Source: Bacteroidia bacterium | GTDB lineage: Bacteria > Bacteroidota > Bacteroidia > UBA8524 | Assembly: GCA_964215915.1 (NCBI GenBank) | Contig: CAXPEB010000047.1 | Span: forward strand, 29,835-93,834 | Reading direction: 5' to 3' | DNA length: 64,000 nucleotides | In this document: positions 56,622 through 64,000 of the stretch, one piece after another | How the letters are laid out: each line of letters starts with the position of its first letter | Numbering within the stretch: the first letter of the stretch is position 1 | The notes under the pieces: model-generated | Seen by the model: the letters and a program-made list of their open reading frames with translations, nothing else | What the model was told of the DNA's origin: nothing | Databases searched by the model: none | Position numbers and translations under genes: made by a program

Positions 56622-57047
56622 TTAAAAAAGATCAGAAAACAATCTTATCTCAGGTGGAGGTGTATGAAGTTGACTATGTCCTTTTATCAGTTGTTCCGCG
56701 CCGAAACCGTGAATATTTGCGTTTTGGTGTATGTTTGGTGTTATAGCCGAACTTATATCTCCGCACACCTTCATCACAAAGGTTCCGGACTTCTTTTTCT
56801 CCCAAGACTCACTCGAGTCATGGTCATCATATTCCGTAAATGCCTGCTCAAATCCCAGAATCTGTTCTATCAAAAGTTCAACGATACTTTCCTGGTCGTT
56901 TACAGAAAGGTTCTCAGGAATACCTTCATGATAAATATCTGCAGTATCCACACTGATATTGAGTAGGTATACCGCCATCACGCCCCAAAAAAGACGGATC
57001 GTCCTGCTGTTGCGAATATACCTGAGTATTTGCCCGTTCATTGTCAA
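56622..57047 (-). CDS. Hypothetical protein
   Basis: 141-aa ORF with an acidic central region. No family recognised. Confidence 0.4.
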   Translation of the reverse strand: MTMNGQILRYIRNSRTIRLFWGVMAVYLLNISVDTADIYHEGIPENLSVNDQESIVELLIEQILGFEQAFTEYDDHDSSESWEKKKSGTFVMKVCGDISSAITPNIHQNANIHGFGAEQLIKGHSQLHTPPPEIRLFSDLF

Positions 57048-57236
57048 AAGAAACCCGTATCGGTGCTAGTCAGTAAAATTCGGATTTGATTCACAGACAC
57101 AACATACTACCAAACGTTGCGTCGCCTTTGCCAATAACCGCCGCGTGGACTTTTTAGTAAACTGAACCGGGTTGACTGTGGGGTGCATGAAGTCGCCTCG
57201 CCGCTACCCGACATGTTTAGCCACAATTTTTCGAGA

Positions 57237-57908
57237 CTAATACTCAAGGATAGCAAAATACAGCCGGCAGTTCATAGGGTGATCAGGATCACGACATAAC
57301 CTGGGGTATTGCGTCCCAATATCCCCTATTACTATCCTTTCGGGTTCCACCCCTTTGGAGATGAGATAATTCCTTGCTTTTTCCGCTCTCTTTATGGAAT
57401 ATTCTTCCTCACCTGGAATTGCATGAGACTCTATTTCTATCCTCATTGTTTTGTACCTGAGCATGAAGTAGATTATTGAATTATCGAGCAGGCAATACTG
57501 TACAGGGTGAATTGAATCTGATCCGGGTTTCATAAGTAACACATTGCTCCCGCCGATTCCATAATCCGAATATTTCTCGACACTATCCCGGTTGCAGGTT
57601 GATCGCTCACATACCGAAATTTCCTCCAGCATTTTTTTCAACCACCCTGTGTCCAAACGAGTTGAATAATACTGCTCAGCATGCTTGTTATGTTTTTCAA
57701 GGCTGTCCTCGGAATACCGGTGATCTATAACACAAGTAACCGGTGCCATAAAAACCTCAACCTCGTACTGCCCGGCTATCTCAATCATACATTTTCCGCT
57801 GAAGACATTGTGCCAATTGACAATAATAGCGGTATCGGGCACATTAACTTGCCCACGAACGAAACATAAACTCAGTAGCAGACCTGTCAAAATAAGCGTC
57901 GGTTTCAT
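57237..57908 (-). CDS. Hypothetical secreted protein
   Basis: 223 aa with a signal peptide (MKPTLILTGLLLSLCFVRGQ). Confidence 0.5.
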   Translation of the reverse strand: MKPTLILTGLLLSLCFVRGQVNVPDTAIIVNWHNVFSGKCMIEIAGQYEVEVFMAPVTCVIDHRYSEDSLEKHNKHAEQYYSTRLDTGWLKKMLEEISVCERSTCNRDSVEKYSDYGIGGSNVLLMKPGSDSIHPVQYCLLDNSIIYFMLRYKTMRIEIESHAIPGEEEYSIKRAEKARNYLISKGVEPERIVIGDIGTQYPRLCRDPDHPMNCRLYFAILEY

Positions 57909-57989
57909 AATCCCTCTTTATAGATTAATCGGTTAGCCCGGACGGTTATTGCATGCTTTACTTACTATTCTGAAATAAGGAGCCTTGTT

Positions 57990-58388
57990 CTACAGACTGA
58001 TTTCATACAGATAGCAGACGTTATTGACCGTATCTCTGAAATACCTGGAATCATCTGCGCTTCCCCCCTTACTTCCATAAACCACACAATTTTCATCCGG
58101 CTCAAACCAAGCGGGACAAGCCTTCGGTTTTTCCCAGGCTTCTGCGGATAAAATCAGGTCATTGTCTGCAACAAACCGCTCCCACCAGTCTGCAGTTGTT
58201 TGCAACTGCAGGTATACCTCATACTCCCGGGTGAAATGTGCCGATTGCCAGTAGGTGCCTTTCAAGACTTTCACGTCATGGGGAACCTCGCTTCGAGACC
58301 ATTGTGAAAAAGCTTCTTCCGGGTCTGAAGTATGGATTCCTGAACAGGATAAAAAGAGCACGACAAGTATCCAAACTGATTTCCTCAT
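57990..58388 (-). CDS. Hypothetical small lipoprotein
   Basis: 132 aa with a lipoprotein signal (VWILVVLFLSCSG). Confidence 0.5.
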   Translation of the reverse strand: MRKSVWILVVLFLSCSGIHTSDPEEAFSQWSRSEVPHDVKVLKGTYWQSAHFTREYEVYLQLQTTADWWERFVADNDLILSAEAWEKPKACPAWFEPDENCVVYGSKGGSADDSRYFRDTVNNVCYLYEISL

Positions 58389-58530
58389 ACAATCTCCCCG
58401 TCAATCTAACCTATTTTTTAGTTCTGTCTGTTTACGGCCTCATCCTAATCCGCTTCAGAGGGGCCGAGCGGTTAATCATAAAATTCTTCCTCACATGCAA
58501 CATTCTGCGCCTTCAGGGTTTCTGTCTGGT

Positions 58531-60582
58531 ATGCGTCCTTTGCTCTGTATCCTTCTCTGCATCGGTAGCCTGATGTTGAAGGCACAACCTAACGACTGGC
58601 AAACCTGGTATTTCGGGCTGCGCCTGGGGATGACCTATACCAGCGGTTCCAGAGTGCTTCTCAGTGATTCCAAACTGGGCGCCAACTACGGAGCGGCCTG
58701 CATCTCTTACCCCTCCGACGGACGCTACATGATGGTTACCAACGGTACGGTTATCTATTCCAAGGGCTTTCAGCTAATGAACAAGCAGTTGTCCGTTCCC
58801 CAGCCTATCTTCTCCTTTTTTGTCCCCGACCCGGCTGCCGAACTGAACTACTACCTTTTTGTGGTTGATAACCAGGGTACCATCCATTATATCCATATCG
58901 ATCATTCCGACCCTTCCGGGATCGGCACCGTAGACGGGACCCAACAGACTCTTAGAAGCAACGCCGATCATCATTTCACCGCAGTAAAACGGATCTATGG
59001 CGACGGTTATTGGCTAATCACCCATACCAAAGGCAGCGATGAGTTTCAGGCATTCGCCATTACCAAGAACGGGGTATCCACACAGCCGGTTATCTCGAAT
59101 ACCGGGTCCTCCACCTCTTCCTTAAAAAACTGGGTTTATGGCAATATGGTAAGCGACAAAAGCGGGAAAAGGCTGTTGCACTGTTTCTCCCGCGGAGGTA
59201 GCGGAAATGTTGCAGAACTCCTGAATATCGACAAGCAATGTGGCACCCTCAGCCATTCGCAAAACCTGGAGATCTCCGGTTCCGACAGGGGTTGCCAGGG
59301 GGCTTTTTCCCTCAATGACAGGTTTGTCTATGTTAGCTCAGGCGGGGTCTATCAATACGACCTCAACGAAACCACACCCATCATCAAAGGCAATTACCTA
59401 TTGGCTTCAGGGGGTGCCTCCCCGAAAATTGCCCTTACCCCCGACGGGATCATCATGATGAGCAGGGCCGACGGTTCCAGCGTCACCTCCAAAGTCTGCA
59501 CCATCGAACAGGCTAACACCGCCAACCCGCAGTACTTTTACGACAAGGTAAACCTGAACGATCAGGGCGATTACCGCTACGTGGAAAATTTCCCTGCCTT
59601 TATCATGGATTGGTCGGACCCGCTGCAAGACCCCAACTACCCGCTACCGGAAGTATCCATCGAACAGTTATGTACCGGAAACCCCACCCGTTTCGATGTA
59701 AAGGGGACTTTTCAATACGATTCCCTGCTCTGGGAATTTGGCGACGGCATCACCGCAGACACACGACAAAGCAATCACGAGTATCTTCTTGCTGCTTCCT
59801 ATACGGTCACTTTCAACTGGTACCTCTGCGGACAACGTTACTCCATAGCCAAAACCATTACGGTGAATGAGTACCCGCAGTTTTCGCTGGGGCCGGATAC
59901 GCTCTTGTGTTTCGGAACGGTATGGAACCTGGAGGGACCGGCCAATGCAGATGCCTATACCTGGAACACCGGGGAAAGTACCCGGAACCTGGAGGTTGAA
60001 GAACAGGGGCTGTACTGGCTGGACGTGTTTAACGGCACCTGTTCCTCTCGCGACAGCATTCTTATCAATTACCGCCCCGATGTCCTGGTAGAACTGGGAA
60101 CCGGTCACCATTTGTGCCCGGACGATTCCGGACTGGTACGACTGGATGCCGGAAAAGGGTTTGAAACATACCGTTGGACCCCTACCGGTGACACCACACA
60201 ATGGATTGATGTGCGCAAGACCGGTGAGTATTTTGTAGTGGTCAATGACTTTCATGGCTGCCCGGGAAAGGATGGCACTTATGTAGAACGGCGCTGTCCG
60301 GTATTCCTGGAATTACCCAATGCCTTTAGTCCCAATGGAGACGGGATCAATGACCTGCTGATCATCCCCTCCAGCGACGCGCTGGAATACAGGCTTCGCA
60401 TATACAACCGCTGGGGTCAGCTGGTATTTCAGAGCGACAAACCGGAACAATCCTGGGACGGCAAATACAAGGGGAAACCCGTTCAGGAAGACGTGTATGT
60501 GATGGTGTTAAATTACAAAGGCTACGTAGACGGTATTCTCCGGAACTTTTCACGCCGGGAAACACTGCATCTGATCCGCTGA
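58531..60582 (+). CDS. Gliding-motility-associated C-terminal domain (CHU_C) cell-surface protein
   Basis: ORF from 58255. The likely start is ATG 58531 (MRPLLCILLCIGSLMLKAQ). The C-terminus LELPNAFSPNGDGINDLLIIP...YNRWGQLVFQSDKPEQSWDGKYKGKP is the CHU_C signature. Confidence 0.8.
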   Translation: MRPLLCILLCIGSLMLKAQPNDWQTWYFGLRLGMTYTSGSRVLLSDSKLGANYGAACISYPSDGRYMMVTNGTVIYSKGFQLMNKQLSVPQPIFSFFVPDPAAELNYYLFVVDNQGTIHYIHIDHSDPSGIGTVDGTQQTLRSNADHHFTAVKRIYGDGYWLITHTKGSDEFQAFAITKNGVSTQPVISNTGSSTSSLKNWVYGNMVSDKSGKRLLHCFSRGGSGNVAELLNIDKQCGTLSHSQNLEISGSDRGCQGAFSLNDRFVYVSSGGVYQYDLNETTPIIKGNYLLASGGASPKIALTPDGIIMMSRADGSSVTSKVCTIEQANTANPQYFYDKVNLNDQGDYRYVENFPAFIMDWSDPLQDPNYPLPEVSIEQLCTGNPTRFDVKGTFQYDSLLWEFGDGITADTRQSNHEYLLAASYTVTFNWYLCGQRYSIAKTITVNEYPQFSLGPDTLLCFGTVWNLEGPANADAYTWNTGESTRNLEVEEQGLYWLDVFNGTCSSRDSILINYRPDVLVELGTGHHLCPDDSGLVRLDAGKGFETYRWTPTGDTTQWIDVRKTGEYFVVVNDFHGCPGKDGTYVERRCPVFLELPNAFSPNGDGINDLLIIPSSDALEYRLRIYNRWGQLVFQSDKPEQSWDGKYKGKPVQEDVYVMVLNYKGYVDGILRNFSRRETLHLIR

Positions 60583-60595
60583 AACAGAACCTGAC

Positions 60596-61192
60596 TCAGA
60601 TTACCGCCAGGATTACCCAAAATAACGAGACAGCCAGCCCTGATGCAAGAGCCAGCAGGGCAAGCATACAACCACTCGCTCCGGAATTTTTGGATGCCCC
60701 TTTTGCGGTATGCGGATCGGGACTTATCCTATCCAGCAGTTCGAGCTCTTCCAGGTTCAAAGGCAGTTCGACAAAGTTTCGTTCGCTTTCCGGGAGCTTA
60801 CTGACTCCCCCGCCAAAATCACATAAATAGGCATACCCCTTTTCGGAGACGGCCATAACAGTATCGTACGCCGTATCTTCTTTCGAAACAAAGAACATCA
60901 TCCGGGTACCCGGGACTTCGGGAATGTGGTAGGTATCCGAACCAAGCGTAACATAGCCGGTGGCATCCTGCCGGAGCTCAACCCCTTCCGGATAACGCAG
61001 ATAGTTGACGAAGTATTCGAATATTTCCAGTTCGGGTACGTGGGAGAAGGTGACCACAAACGTGGTGTCATTCAAGACGCGTATCTCAATACCCTGGGCG
61101 GCCTTCTCAGCAGCATACAGATTGGCGAGGTTCCGAACTGCCGTACGTATTTGTTCTTTTCCGGAACCGGTTACCAAAATATACTCTTCCAT
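60596..61192 (-). CDS. Hypothetical tail-anchored membrane protein
   Basis: 198 aa. The only hydrophobic segment is at the extreme C-terminus (GCMLALLALASGLAVSLFWVILAVI). Confidence 0.5.
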   Translation of the reverse strand: MEEYILVTGSGKEQIRTAVRNLANLYAAEKAAQGIEIRVLNDTTFVVTFSHVPELEIFEYFVNYLRYPEGVELRQDATGYVTLGSDTYHIPEVPGTRMMFFVSKEDTAYDTVMAVSEKGYAYLCDFGGGVSKLPESERNFVELPLNLEELELLDRISPDPHTAKGASKNSGASGCMLALLALASGLAVSLFWVILAVI

Positions 61193-61236
61193 ACCCTGTG
61201 CTCTATTTTGTAAGGCAAAATACGGAATTGCACCGG

Positions 61237-62316
61237 TTATTTCGGGAGGGTATAGCGGAAAGTGAACTGGTTGGTAAACCGGGAGGTATTCGCTTTGAAA
61301 TCCTTGATAAGGCCGGCGTTAAAGTCTATCCATATGCCATTATACACATTGAGTTCGGCACCCAGGCTCATCCAGAAACTGGCAGATTCTGTAAGGGAAA
61401 CATACTGCCCCTGTGCCTCGGCAAAACCTTTAAAGCGGTTGGATCCAATATAGAGTCTGCTACTCAGGCTGGCGCTGTGCAGGCTTTTGCCCTCCGACAG
61501 GTAATTGCGGTAATACCCACCCAGGAGGAACTGGCCTTTTTCTTTGAACGCGGGCAGCGACCAGGTAAGCCAGGTATTGAAAGCCGAATACCGTACGTTT
61601 TTCAGCAGTGAATCCGCCGACTGTCCGACCCAGGCCACGGCAAAATCCAGCTTCTCCGCATTCCAATTCTTCTCCAGGTATTCATCGCGCATTTCCTGCA
61701 CCTGCTGGTCAAGTTCCACCTTTCTGCGAGCCAGGTTTTCAGAAATATAGCGGGCGATGGCTTTTTTGTCCTCGTCACTCAGCTGTGTTGCTTTGAGATT
61801 ATTCTCACGGATGTATTCCTCGGTAAGCTCACGCTTGAGTTTTTCACGCCTGGCCATTACTTCGAATATGCGGGTAAGGTACTTCTGGTCTGTCCGCAAA
61901 TCCCCTTTGTCGATCAGCGATACCCGATAACCGAGGGCAAGGTTGCTGAGCATGCCCGAGTCGGTATAGGTGCCGATGGAAACGCGGGAAGTACGGAGAA
62001 AGGACTTGTCCTGATAATCCCGGAGACTCAACTGGTTTCGGTTGAACACCAGTATGGGGTTGAGTTCGAGGGCAAAAGAGCTTGGAACAATCAAACCGGT
62101 TCCATTAAAAAACTGCGAGGCAGCCACCCCGAAATCCTCTACGTTGGAAGGCCGGAGGAGGTTTCCCGGGTTCGTCCCCAGAGCCTTGAACGCCGGAAAG
62201 TCGGGAATGGCAAAATTCAACTTGTACTTTTTCACCAGGCTATCCGCCCCGGTCTGAGCCACAGCAGTCAGGCAGAAAGAAAGCAGCACAAAAAGAGTAA
62301 AGGACAAACGTTTCAT
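61237..62316 (-). CDS. Putative outer-membrane protein
   Basis: 359 aa with a signal peptide (MKRLSFTLFVLLSFCLTAVAQ), a central coiled-coil/charged segment and a C-terminal beta-strand-rich region ending with aromatic residues. Confidence 0.55.
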   Translation of the reverse strand: MKRLSFTLFVLLSFCLTAVAQTGADSLVKKYKLNFAIPDFPAFKALGTNPGNLLRPSNVEDFGVAASQFFNGTGLIVPSSFALELNPILVFNRNQLSLRDYQDKSFLRTSRVSIGTYTDSGMLSNLALGYRVSLIDKGDLRTDQKYLTRIFEVMARREKLKRELTEEYIRENNLKATQLSDEDKKAIARYISENLARRKVELDQQVQEMRDEYLEKNWNAEKLDFAVAWVGQSADSLLKNVRYSAFNTWLTWSLPAFKEKGQFLLGGYYRNYLSEGKSLHSASLSSRLYIGSNRFKGFAEAQGQYVSLTESASFWMSLGAELNVYNGIWIDFNAGLIKDFKANTSRFTNQFTFRYTLPK

Positions 62317-62317
62317 G

Positions 62318-62788
62318 TCATTTCAGTTTCACGTCCGTCAATAAGTCCTGTGCTTCCTTTTCCACCTCATAGGGTTCTTCCATTTTCCCTACCGCCTCGT
62401 TTTCCTGAAGGATTTCCAGGACAAAGGTTCCATTGGTCTTTTCTCCGTCGGGTGAAACAAAGGTGGCATTGATGATAAGCGCACGGTCGCGGTTCTCCTC
62501 TACCTCACCGGGAAGATCGAACACGGTGTCTCCTGAGCGGTTGTCTCCGCTGAAATGATCCAGCACGGTTTGTCCGTCGGAATCATACAGGGATATTTCA
62601 TAGGTACAGAGAACAATTCCGGTGACCCTAACGCGGCATTGCACCGGCAGCTTGTCGGGTTGCAGTAAAATGGCAAAAGGCATGATAAATAGGGATTGGT
62701 TCGATTCAAAATTACGCATCGCAACTCCGGCATGTCTCCCGATTTTCCGTGATATTGTTCGGTAATTCTTCGTTCCAAAAGCCGCCAC
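62318..62788 (-). CDS. Hypothetical protein
   Basis: 156-aa ORF immediately upstream of, and abutting, the 61237..62316 gene, suggesting an operon. No family recognised. Confidence 0.45.
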   Translation of the reverse strand: MAAFGTKNYRTISRKIGRHAGVAMRNFESNQSLFIMPFAILLQPDKLPVQCRVRVTGIVLCTYEISLYDSDGQTVLDHFSGDNRSGDTVFDLPGEVEENRDRALIINATFVSPDGEKTNGTFVLEILQENEAVGKMEEPYEVEKEAQDLLTDVKLK

Positions 62789-62830
62789 ACCCGCTTATGC
62801 TTTGACGGCTTTTCGCTTATTTCGCAGTGC

Positions 62831-63709
62831 ATGAAAGTCTGTGGCTTCACCTTTATCCGCAACGCCCTGATCTACGATTATCCTGTCGTGGAGGCAATTC
62901 GCTCCATTCTCCCCCTTTGCAGCGAAGTGGTGGTGGCTGTGGGAAAATCGGAAGACAACACTCTGGAATTGGTCAGGGATATTGACCCGGACAAGATCCG
63001 TATTGTCGAAACCGAATGGAATGACTCGCTAAGGGAAGGAGGGCAAGTGCTGGCGCTGGAAACAGACAAGGCCTATGCAGCCTTACCGGAAGATTGCGAC
63101 TGGGCCATCTATATCCAGGGAGATGAAGTACTTCATGAAGACGGTTATGCGGCTCTGAAGAAAGCGATGGAACAGTACCTCGAAGATCGGGAGGTGGATG
63201 GATTGCTTCTTCCTTACCGGCATTTTTACGGTTCGTATGACTATATCGGGGATGCGGCAGACTGGTACCCGTACGAAATTCGCGTGGTAAGAAAGCGGAA
63301 GGATATTTATTCTTACAAAGATGCGCAGGGGTTCCGCAAAGGCCAAAACGAGAAATTACAGGTGGTTAAGGTAAATGCATACATGCATCATTACGGTTGG
63401 GTGAAACAACCGGAAGCGATGAAAAAGAAAGAGCTGAACTTCCATAAGTACTGGCATGACGACCGGTGGATTGCGGAAAATGTGGTGCCTGCCGTGGAGT
63501 TTGACTACAACAGCCGGGTTAAAGCCCTTCATCGGTTTACGGGGGAACATCCGCAGGTAATGGAGAAACGTATCGCCTCCAGAAACTGGAAATTCGAATT
63601 CGATATTGCCTACAACCGGTTGAGCTTTAAGGATAAAGCGAAGAACTGGTTGAGGGACAAGCTGGGTATTGACCTGGGTTACCGAAACTACAGGCTGCTT
63701 CGTAAATAA
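62831..63709 (+). CDS. Putative glycosyltransferase (family 2-like)
   Basis: 292 aa. The N-terminal pattern CGFTFIRNALIYDYPVVEAIRSILPLCSEVVVAVGKSEDNT and a later acidic DxD-like region (DCDWAIYIQGDEV) resemble small GT-A fold transferases. Assignment tentative. Confidence 0.5.
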   Translation: MKVCGFTFIRNALIYDYPVVEAIRSILPLCSEVVVAVGKSEDNTLELVRDIDPDKIRIVETEWNDSLREGGQVLALETDKAYAALPEDCDWAIYIQGDEVLHEDGYAALKKAMEQYLEDREVDGLLLPYRHFYGSYDYIGDAADWYPYEIRVVRKRKDIYSYKDAQGFRKGQNEKLQVVKVNAYMHHYGWVKQPEAMKKKELNFHKYWHDDRWIAENVVPAVEFDYNSRVKALHRFTGEHPQVMEKRIASRNWKFEFDIAYNRLSFKDKAKNWLRDKLGIDLGYRNYRLLRK

Positions 63710-63733
63710 GCCTTAATGCTAAGCTGACAGTAC

Positions 63734-64000
63734 TCAGACCACCTTTTTCATTGGTGTATTGCTGAAATATTCACTCGGGGTAAGCCCGAAATACTCTTTG
63801 AAGTCGCGGCAGAAATGTGCGGAATCGGTATAACCTAAGTCCAGGGCAAGAACTCCCAGGGTGCCCCTATTCAGTAAGCCCAGGTTGTGGGCCCGATAAA
63901 GGCGGATAAGCCGGCTGTAGTTTTTCGGTCCGATCCCAAGCTGGTTCCGGAACATCCGCTGTAGCTGTCTCTCCCCGATAGAAAGGCGGTCACTGATTTC
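63734..64000 (-). CDS. AraC/XylS family transcriptional regulator (C-terminal part only; gene continues beyond window end)
   Basis: The AraC-type HTH pair reads ...IGERQLQRMFRNQLGIGPKNYSRLIRLYRAHNLGL...LDLGYTDSAHFCRDFKEYFGLTPSEY. The reading frame stays open to position 64000. Confidence 0.7.
   Translation of the reverse strand, partial: EISDRLSIGERQLQRMFRNQLGIGPKNYSRLIRLYRAHNLGLLNRGTLGVLALDLGYTDSAHFCRDFKEYFGLTPSEYFSNTPMKKVV

Noticed and set aside
1-64000. CRISPR arrays, rRNA genes, insertion sequences
   Set aside because: No regularly spaced short direct repeats, no rRNA-like conserved segments and no transposase-like ORFs were seen anywhere in the window.

Overview
This 64-kb window looks like a chromosomal segment from a member of the phylum Bacteroidota, with roughly 50% GC. 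It was annotated by eye from the sequence and the six-frame ORF track, with no searches run. The taxonomic call rests on many proteins ending in type IX secretion system (T9SS) C-terminal sorting domains (type A, Por-like) or gliding-motility-associated C-terminal domains (CHU_C, type B). It is also supported by delta-60 and SBBP beta-propeller repeat proteins, a LytTR two-component system and Bacteroidota-style intrinsic terminators. No rRNA, canonical tRNA, CRISPR array, transposase or integrase was recognised. Ordinary housekeeping and regulatory genes are present: a zinc-type alcohol dehydrogenase, a Crp regulator, methionine aminopeptidase, an FAD oxidase, MarR, a GNAT acetyltransferase, a DUF72 protein and an AraC regulator. 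A 21-kb stretch (27-48 kb) carries six very large T9SS cargo genes around an embedded beta-propeller histidine kinase / LytTR regulator pair. The most interesting region is 13.0-17.9 kb. There a divergently transcribed HTH-WYL regulator carrying an extra C-terminal domain faces an operon encoding a soluble SPFH (band-7) protein and the RNA ligase RtcB. Between them lies a tRNA-like element that has a canonical D-arm and T-arm but no anticodon arm or acceptor stem, which resembles the tRNA-mimic module of bacterial Y-RNA-like RNAs (YrlA). This looks like a WYL-controlled RNA-repair module with a tRNA-mimic ncRNA, and is the main candidate for an undescribed system. Other points worth a second look are a clear rifampin ADP-ribosyltransferase (arr) next to MarR and a RibD-C-type reductase, a Fic gene preceded by a duplicated palindrome, an XRE-HTH/pentapeptide-repeat fusion with upstream CGCAGA direct repeats, and a ytfI/ytfJ (GerW)-like pair.
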